DNA from: Candidatus Gottesmanbacteria bacterium
GTDB lineage: Bacteria > Patescibacteriota > Microgenomatia > 2-02-FULL-39-11
Length of the DNA: 64,000 nt
Direction of reading: 5' to 3'
Assembly: GCA_016186795.1 (NCBI GenBank)
Contig: JACPKY010000002.1
Span: forward strand, 282,593-346,592
Every line of letters begins with the position of its first letter. Within the stretch, counting starts at the first letter, position 1. The position numbers and the translations under genes are program-made. Under the pieces are notes generated by a model. It was not told where the DNA came from. It saw only the letters and a program-made list of their open reading frames with translations, and made no database searches. Shown here one piece after another: positions 57,615 to 64,000 of this stretch.

Positions 57615-57977
57615 TCAACCTGTAAGTTGCGGAATAAAAATATACGCTGCAACGATAACGCTCCCTATTGCTGTGATAAGCATCATTCCTGCGGAGACGT
57701 CTTTCGCAATTTTTGCATCCTGGTGGTATTGCCTCGTTATGAGATCTGTCATTGCTTCGATGGAAGTATTTATCATTTCCGCGGTAAGTCCTAGTATAAC
57801 TGTAAAAACAATTACAATCATCTCGAGTCTTGATATCTGAAGGTAAATTCCAGCCCAAAGTGCAATAGCGGAAAGAGAAAAATGGATGAGAAAATTTGGT
57901 TGTGTCGTAAATGCCCAAAGAATACCGTTCACTGCGTTCGTAAAGGATATGTGATGATGTCTCAGTCGCTTAAACAT
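57615..57977 (-). CDS. dgkA: Diacylglycerol/undecaprenol kinase family protein
   Basis: 120 aa, 3 TM, DAGK_prokar-like EMINTSIEAMTD...H.DAKIAKD pattern. Confidence 0.65.
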   Translation of the reverse strand: MFKRLRHHHISFTNAVNGILWAFTTQPNFLIHFSLSAIALWAGIYLQISRLEMIVIVFTVILGLTAEMINTSIEAMTDLITRQYHQDAKIAKDVSAGMMLITAIGSVIVAAYIFIPQLTG

Positions 57978-57983
57978 AGGATA

Positions 57984-59159
57984 CTACGGAAAAAAACCTT
58001 TAAGTTTGGCTCCACCGCCCTGGCGGAGAATGTCTGATTGAAATGTATATGTAACTCGCTTTCTCCCTTCATGACTTTCCCGGGCAAAGTCAAGGAGAAG
58101 TTCCAACAATTTCGGGAATTCAATTCCACTTGCTTTCCAGAGATGATGGTAGAGAGTACCAGGAAGTGGATTTATTTCGTTTGCAAAAAATACATTTTTC
58201 TTGGCATCGTGCAGAAAGTCAATCCGAGCAATTCCCCGACATTCAAGACAGGCAAAAATCTCCTCCGCGGTCTTTTGAATTTCTTTTGTAATCCTGTCTG
58301 AAACACGAGCAGGTATAATAATATTTCCTTTCGCTTTTCCAAGTTGAGCACCGCCTTTTTTCAAATATTTCTCTTCAAAACTAAAGAATGTGCTTTGAAA
58401 GATTGATTCTTGGAGTTTCGATGCAATGGGTTTCGAATTTCCTATGACACAACAGGTAATATCCACAAGATTGTCAACGCTTTCCTCAACGATGACTTTT
58501 TCGTCGTAATGGAACGCTACTTCAAATGCAAATTCAAGATTTTTCTTCCCTTTAACCTTCTGAATACCGATTGACGAACCAAGTCTTGCGGGTTTTATAA
58601 ATACAGGAAAACGCAGTCTCCTGGACACTTCGGCAAGAATAGATTTTTTCCTACTATTCCAGTCTTTATACAAATAGAAAAGAAATTTCGTTGTCGGAAA
58701 TCCATACATTTGATAATACTGTTTCGTTAATACTTTATCCATGGCAATTGCAGAAGACGCTACCCCACAACCCACATAGGGGATATCAAACATTTCAAAT
58801 AAACCCTGTACAGTACCATCTTCTCCATATGATCCATGAAATGTTGGGAAGGCAAGATCTATTGTAATTTCTTTCCCTCCCACCAGTCCCAATTTGTGAA
58901 AAACAAGCTTTCCTTTTGATTTCTCTAGATCGATAGTAAATTTTCCCAGTCTCTTTTTTACCGAGTCGATCTCACCACTTTGAAATACGGAGAGATTCCC
59001 AAGGAGAGAACCAAGAAACCAGTTTCCATGTTTATCAATGTACACCGGTACAATATTTTTCCCAAGTGCTTTCAGTCCTGCGATAACAAGTTGAGCTGTT
59101 ATGATCGAAACATCATGTTCAGGGCTTCGGCTTCCAAAAAAAACGCCTATATGCTCCAT
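57984..59159 (-). CDS. ddl: D-alanine--D-alanine ligase
   Basis: MEHIGVFFGSRSPEHDVSIITAQ N-terminus and ATP-grasp core; 391 aa. Confidence 0.85.
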   Translation of the reverse strand: MEHIGVFFGSRSPEHDVSIITAQLVIAGLKALGKNIVPVYIDKHGNWFLGSLLGNLSVFQSGEIDSVKKRLGKFTIDLEKSKGKLVFHKLGLVGGKEITIDLAFPTFHGSYGEDGTVQGLFEMFDIPYVGCGVASSAIAMDKVLTKQYYQMYGFPTTKFLFYLYKDWNSRKKSILAEVSRRLRFPVFIKPARLGSSIGIQKVKGKKNLEFAFEVAFHYDEKVIVEESVDNLVDITCCVIGNSKPIASKLQESIFQSTFFSFEEKYLKKGGAQLGKAKGNIIIPARVSDRITKEIQKTAEEIFACLECRGIARIDFLHDAKKNVFFANEINPLPGTLYHHLWKASGIEFPKLLELLLDFARESHEGRKRVTYTFQSDILRQGGGAKLKGFFP

Positions 59160-59187
59160 ATCTCTATTGTATACAAATGAAAGTAAA

Positions 59188-60645
59188 TCACAAATAATTC
59201 TCAGGCCAATCGTTTTGAAAAAGAATCACATCTCCGCTTCGGGAAATATGTTGTATTTCTTGAAAGAGTACGGAGGCATTCTCAAACCAGAGAATTTTTT
59301 TTGTGTCAAATCCGCTTTTTTCAAGGCCTTTGGATATATATGGAGTGACACTGTTTCTCACAAGCAAAACAAGATGAGCAACTTTCCCAAGTTTACGTCC
59401 GATATCCTGATGAACCCGAGTCGACTCTTCTCCTATCTCAACCAATCCCGGAGTAACATAAAGTTTACGGCGCTTTGTAAACTTTTCAAGAGTTTGAATT
59501 GCTTCTTCAACACCGTTAGGATTACCATTATAGCTATCATCAATAATGAGAACATCCCGTTGACTTTGTATTGGCTGTAACCGATGAGGAAAGGGAGAAA
59601 GAGTGCCAATTCCTGCTACTATCTGCGGAAACGTTAAACCAAGCCGCAGTCCAATTTTGGCAGAAGCCCGTATAACACCGAATATGTAATCTCCTAAAAA
59701 TGGAATTTTCATCCGTTTCTTTTGGCCTTGATAAGAAATAGTGAATGACAGACCTGTCCCATCCTGATGGAAATACGTATCTGTAATTCCAACATCACTT
59801 TTCCCGTTTTTATGACTACTATAGAGTTCAATATCGCCATCTTTCACAAACCGCTTGTAGTTTTCCCGTACGTATATATCATCGGCGTTGATAACAATAA
59901 ACCCTTCTTTCTTCTTGTTTTGGACAATCTCAAAAATAGTCTCAGTAGTTACTCTAAGTGACCCAAGTCTTTCTAAATGAGCTTCATTTATTCCAGTAAC
60001 AACGGAAATATCCGGCATGACGATACTACAAATATCTTGAATATCTCCTCTGTAATACTCTCCCATCTCCACAACGAAAACCTGGACATTTTCATGAAGT
60101 TTTTCCAGTATTAACTGGGATATTCCTAAGGGGGTGTTAATATTTTCTGGAGTTTTTAAAACACTCAGCTTCTGAGAAAGAACCGCTGAAATAGCCTCCT
60201 TCATTGTTGTCTTCCCATAACTTCCAGCAATTCCAACAATTACAAGATTTTCGTAGTTTCTCATTTTTTGTTTCGCGCATCGTATAACATACCACTTCAA
60301 TAATCGATCGAGAGGAGAAAGAATTACTATGGAAAAGAGAAGGAAAATAAATGTCCCCCAAAATAGAAATATGCCAATGAAGATGCAGCTTAGTATCCAA
60401 ACAATGACGCTTTCAAATTCTCCCCGTAACCCAATAACTATCATTACGAAGGTTGCAATTTGGAGAATTGCACTAACTGTCACTACGGTTTTCAGCTTTG
60501 ACGTCCAGACTAATTTTGTCCGGAGTTGTTCAAACCGAATTCCACCACTTTTTACGATAATGTTGAAAAATCTGCCTACATCATAGTTTTCCAACTGTAA
60601 GAGGGTTAACTGATAGAAGTAGAGAAAACGAAGTGGGTTACTCAT
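59188..60645 (-). CDS. murF: Mur-ligase-family protein (MurF-like by position) with an atypical N-terminal transmembrane segment
   Basis: P-loop VIVGIAGSYGKTTMKEAI plus central and C-terminal Mur ligase domains. The first ~130 aa are hydrophobic with about 3 TM helices instead of the usual soluble N-domain. Confidence 0.55.
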   Translation of the reverse strand: MSNPLRFLYFYQLTLLQLENYDVGRFFNIIVKSGGIRFEQLRTKLVWTSKLKTVVTVSAILQIATFVMIVIGLRGEFESVIVWILSCIFIGIFLFWGTFIFLLFSIVILSPLDRLLKWYVIRCAKQKMRNYENLVIVGIAGSYGKTTMKEAISAVLSQKLSVLKTPENINTPLGISQLILEKLHENVQVFVVEMGEYYRGDIQDICSIVMPDISVVTGINEAHLERLGSLRVTTETIFEIVQNKKKEGFIVINADDIYVRENYKRFVKDGDIELYSSHKNGKSDVGITDTYFHQDGTGLSFTISYQGQKKRMKIPFLGDYIFGVIRASAKIGLRLGLTFPQIVAGIGTLSPFPHRLQPIQSQRDVLIIDDSYNGNPNGVEEAIQTLEKFTKRRKLYVTPGLVEIGEESTRVHQDIGRKLGKVAHLVLLVRNSVTPYISKGLEKSGFDTKKILWFENASVLFQEIQHISRSGDVILFQNDWPENYL

Positions 60646-61405
60646 TCTTTTTTATAAATTTCGTATATGGCTCAGAAAAACTCTCAATATTTTCTAAGAA
60701 AGCAAAATGTCCGCCGGCAGCGATAAGGAGATGGGAGTTTTTTATCTTTTCTTTCATACGAAGGCCCATGGAAAGAGGAGTTTCTTTATCATCTTTCCCC
60801 CAATACAGAAACGTTGGAATGTTTATGCGTGAAAGGTACAATGAAAGATCTTCACCAACTACGCGAAGATACGTCTGCAAAAGTCTTGGTGTTGCAATAT
60901 AATCCTCCTCCCCCATCTTTTTATAGATATTCAAGCGAATCTGTCTCATCGGTCCAATCCGAAAGAAAGGTTTGACTATTTTTGCACCGAAGCCCAATAG
61001 GAATCGAGTGAGACTTGGATCTCGGATTCCAGCACTGTCAACAAGCGTAAGAGTACTTAACCGAAACGAACCTGTTGCCGCAAGCTTTAAGGCAATTCTT
61101 CCACCAAACGAATGTCCAACAAGGTGTACCTTGTCCATCTTCATCTTCCTCATAAATTCCACAACGACATTAACGTAATCGGATATACTAAATGGATTTT
61201 GTGGGTACTCGGAGTTACCAAAACCAGGTAAATCAAGAGCAATCAGTCTTCTTTTTCCTTTCTGAAATTTTGCCATAATCGGATACCAAACTGTTCGATT
61301 CGACCGCCATCCATGAAGAAAAACAACTGCTGGCAATACCGATCTTGCCCAAATCTCAGTGTATGCCAAAACCATCCCTTGAATAACAATTTTCTTCTCT
61401 TCCAT
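60638..61405 (-). CDS. Alpha/beta-fold hydrolase
   Basis: VFLHGWRSN and the nucleophile elbow GHSFGG. Confidence 0.65.
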   Translation of the reverse strand: MEEKKIVIQGMVLAYTEIWARSVLPAVVFLHGWRSNRTVWYPIMAKFQKGKRRLIALDLPGFGNSEYPQNPFSISDYVNVVVEFMRKMKMDKVHLVGHSFGGRIALKLAATGSFRLSTLTLVDSAGIRDPSLTRFLLGFGAKIVKPFFRIGPMRQIRLNIYKKMGEEDYIATPRLLQTYLRVVGEDLSLYLSRINIPTFLYWGKDDKETPLSMGLRMKEKIKNSHLLIAAGGHFAFLENIESFSEPYTKFIKKNE

Positions 61406-61433
61406 AGTGTGATTGTATTGAAAGATGCAGTCG

Positions 61434-63257
61434 CTATTTCACCGTGACTGATTTAGCAAGATTCCGTGGTTTATCGGGATCAAGTCCGCGTTTTACCGCC
61501 AAATAATATCCCAGAAGCTGTCCTATGGTTACGGCCGGAATACTTGTTGCAATCCCAACGTCATCAACTGGAATATAGTAATCGAAAACCTCGTGGGGTT
61601 TATAGGAAACTCCTATAATATATCCTCCCCGAGCTTTCATCTCCATAGCTCCCGCGAGATTTGCACCATATGTCTCGTCGTTGGCTAGATATGCTATACA
61701 GGGAGTACCCTTTTCAATAAGAGCAATAACTCCATGCTTCAATTCACCCGCGGCAAACCCTTCCGCATGGATATATGAGGCTTCTTTGATTTTTAGAGCA
61801 GTTTCAAGTGCGAGTGGATACGAAATACCGCGACCGATAACGTATAAATGTTCCTTTCGATAAATCGTATCGACAAGTCGACGGATGTTACGGGTTGAGT
61901 CAGGCTCAAAAATACGCCGGAGTACTAAAGCTGCTTTTTTGAGAGCGTTTCTTCCCTCATCTTCATACCCTGCAATTTTCGATGCCAAAAGTATAAGATA
62001 TGCAAGCTTTGCTGTGAAAGCTTTTGTTGAAACAACAGCGGTTTCTGTCCCAGCTCCTAAAAGAAGGACCTCATCTGCCATTCTATAAAGAGTTGATCCC
62101 ATAACATTCACCATTGCGATAAGTTTTGCGCCTTTCTCTTTTGCTTTTTTAACAGCATCCAAAACATCAATTGTTTCTCCCGACTGAGAAAGCGCAATAA
62201 CAAGGCTTTTGGGGGAGAGGAAATCAAGTAAATACGAAAACTCACTTCCGACGGCAAAATTAATATGACGCTTTGCAATTTTAGAAAAAATATATGTTGC
62301 TGCTAGTCCTGCATACGCTGCTGTACCACATCCGACAATATATGTTCCATATGATTTTATTATAGCCTGAGATACGGTTGCTATCTTTGGATTATTCTCA
62401 ATTGCTATCCGCCCTATTATATCCTTCTGCTCAACAATCTCTTTGAGCATGAAGTGGGGATAATTACCTTTTCTGGTAACAGTTTCTTTCCACGACAAGT
62501 GAGTAAAATGGGGTATTTTTGCTCTTGTTGATGATAAAGCATACAAGGAAATGGAATCTTTCGCTACCTTCACCAGTGTCTCATCTTCCATAAAATGAAC
62601 AGTCCGAGTATACGGAAGAAGTGCATGAGCATCCGATGCAAGGAAATTCTCACCATCCCCTTTCCCAACAACAAGAGGAGAACCATTTTTGGCAGCTAGA
62701 AATACTTCCGACTTCGCGCTTACCACAATAATTGCGTTTGACCCAATAAAGCGGTTGAAGGATTTTCGAACTGCCTCTGTAAGGAGTTCATCGTGTGTTT
62801 TGGTCGCAGAGTATCTTTTTTGCAGTTTCTTAAGCGTTTCTTCTATGAGATGAATTGCTACTTCTGTATCGGTTTCTGAGATAAACCGATGACCAAAATC
62901 CACAAGTTCTCTCTTGATTTCGTCGTAGTTTTCGATTATTCCGTTATGGATAATTGCAAGTGTGCCGGTACAATCGAGATGGGGATGAGCGTTGATATCT
63001 GTCACTCCTCCGTGAGTAGCCCACCTTGTATGACCAAGAGAAATGGTACTTCTGGGAAGATCAGAAACATTCGCATCACCAATTTTTCCCGCTTTTTTCT
63101 TGATGATAATTGTGGCTTGGTTACTACTACTTGTCTTTTTTGCAACCGCTGCGATCCCCCAGGAATCATACCCACGATACTCAAGCGTTTTTAACCCATT
63201 AAAAACTATCTTTGCACTATCATATTTTTTCCCAATATAGCCAAATATTCCGCACAT
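61434..63257 (-). CDS. glmS: Glutamine--fructose-6-phosphate aminotransferase
   Basis: MCGIFGYIG Ntn start, two SIS domains, 607 aa. Confidence 0.9.
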   Translation of the reverse strand: MCGIFGYIGKKYDSAKIVFNGLKTLEYRGYDSWGIAAVAKKTSSSNQATIIIKKKAGKIGDANVSDLPRSTISLGHTRWATHGGVTDINAHPHLDCTGTLAIIHNGIIENYDEIKRELVDFGHRFISETDTEVAIHLIEETLKKLQKRYSATKTHDELLTEAVRKSFNRFIGSNAIIVVSAKSEVFLAAKNGSPLVVGKGDGENFLASDAHALLPYTRTVHFMEDETLVKVAKDSISLYALSSTRAKIPHFTHLSWKETVTRKGNYPHFMLKEIVEQKDIIGRIAIENNPKIATVSQAIIKSYGTYIVGCGTAAYAGLAATYIFSKIAKRHINFAVGSEFSYLLDFLSPKSLVIALSQSGETIDVLDAVKKAKEKGAKLIAMVNVMGSTLYRMADEVLLLGAGTETAVVSTKAFTAKLAYLILLASKIAGYEDEGRNALKKAALVLRRIFEPDSTRNIRRLVDTIYRKEHLYVIGRGISYPLALETALKIKEASYIHAEGFAAGELKHGVIALIEKGTPCIAYLANDETYGANLAGAMEMKARGGYIIGVSYKPHEVFDYYIPVDDVGIATSIPAVTIGQLLGYYLAVKRGLDPDKPRNLAKSVTVK

Positions 63258-63260
63258 ACT

Positions 63261-63846
63261 TTAGGAGAAGTGAACCGCATGAATATCTTTTAACCTCACG
63301 GGTTTTTTGTCGGTTACTTTTTTTTCAACAAATGTGGAAGGGAGATGTGCGCAATACACATTTTCTCCTATATCCCGATCAATCAAAACAGCAGATCCTA
63401 TGTGACTATTTTTGCCAATTTTTACCCCTGGCATGAGAGAAGCGTGGATACCAATTCTCACATTTTCTCCAATCGCGGCTCCTAATTTAAGTCTTCCCGT
63501 ATCAACCTTCTTCCCTGAAAGAGTTGAGGAAACTGTTGTTTCATTCAATTTAAAGTTTGCAACTACTGCACCTGCCCCAAGTCCGATATTATGCGAAAGA
63601 ATACTATCTCCAATATAATTTGAGTGAAACCAACAATCGTTTCCAATAGAACTTCGGACAATTTCGGTAGCAAATCCTACAACACAACGGCTGCCAATCA
63701 TTGATTCACGGATAACGGTATTGTTCCCAATAAGCGTCCCTCTGCCAATGTAGGTAGGACCGACAATCTTTGCCCCTTCCAAAATTGTGACACCATCCTC
63801 GATTTGAATCTTCCCAGATAGTGTCACACCTTTTGCAATCTTCACG
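63261..63846 (-). CDS. Hexapeptide-repeat (left-handed beta-helix) acyl/acetyltransferase, GlmU C-terminal-domain-like
   Basis: Repeating [LIV]GxxxxI hexapeptides; 4-nt gap to glmS. It probably uses a GTG start and may extend to the Met at ~63909. Confidence 0.6.
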
Positions 63847-64000
63847 TTTCCTCCAATTTTCCCAGTATTTCGGGAGAGAAAATAAGAGGAAAGAGAGAGA
63901 CAGTCCCATGGGTATTTCAGATATCCCCAAAAGCTTTTGTAGTGGAGATATTTGAATTCGCTTCCATTCCGTATTAATGTATCGATCGCTCTCTCATAGA

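Noticed and set aside
57589-57918. 110-aa N-terminal extension of the mraY track ORF
   Set aside because: The extension overlaps the dgkA-like gene in another frame and has junk-like composition; the true mraY start is taken at MSLILSLLL (57588).

Overview
The window is a 64 kb chromosomal segment from a small-genome, moderately AT-rich bacterium. Many genes have a Gram-positive or Patescibacteria-like flavour: MurT/GatD lipid II amidation, a eukaryote/archaeal-type IleS, PolX, and many glycosyltransferases. About 75 of the roughly 79 features are annotated below; two antisense or overlapping ORFs are left as hypothetical calls (23882-24361, 50911-51117).

- **1-7.6 kb, minus strand:** a glutamine/amide-centred block, gatB(partial)-asparaginase-gatA-gatC, glnA, a GAF-ANTAR antiterminator-type regulator, and murT-gatD.
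- **7.6-11 kb:** htpX-lemA and polX.
- **11-12.2 kb:** tRNA-Asp, a LysM protein and tRNA-Gly.
- **12.2-21.1 kb:** a visibly AT-richer stretch directly downstream of tRNA-Gly.
  - Three hypothetical genes: an HTH-ACT-like regulator, a DUF2000-like protein and an unknown.
  - An FMN riboswitch-controlled ribE-ribH-ribBA-ribD operon, bracketed by about 95 bp imperfect inverted repeats.
  - A mer-like operon: an ArsR-family regulator, a thioredoxin-like protein, a Cys-rich membrane protein, and MerA with the diagnostic C-terminal SCC motif.
- **21.1-33.6 kb:** pdxS/pdxT, dinB, tgt, pterin dehydratase, two PD-(D/E)xK-like nuclease candidates flanking an aquaporin, and assorted hydrolases.
- **33.8-35.4 kb:** a second FMN riboswitch in front of a DMT/EamA transporter and a monofunctional flavokinase, then tRNA-Thr.
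- **35.4-44.5 kb:** a triple zinc-ribbon protein and a surface-glycan gene cluster (an O-antigen-ligase-like protein, three GT2, one GT4 and a SAM methyltransferase).
  - It also contains a secreted GH43-like beta-propeller fused to an LCAT-like (YDWR, GHSLG) lipase/acyltransferase, followed by tRNA-Val.
- **45.4-63.9 kb, minus strand:** lepB lies on the plus strand, then one long co-directional run.
  - The run, in transcription order, is hexapeptide acetyltransferase-glmS-abhydrolase-murF-like-ddl-dgkA-mraY-ftsW-murG-ftsQ-ftsA-ftsZ-ileS-rodA-rplU-rpmA-parB.

No CRISPR array, integrase or transposase was recognised. The most unusual signals are the repeat-bracketed rib cassette inside an AT-rich tRNA-Gly-adjacent islet that also carries a mer operon, the duplicated FMN riboswitches, the gatCA-asparaginase-gatB arrangement, and the GAF-ANTAR gene wedged between glutamine-metabolism genes. 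All calls come from reading the sequence and recalled family motifs; no database search was possible.
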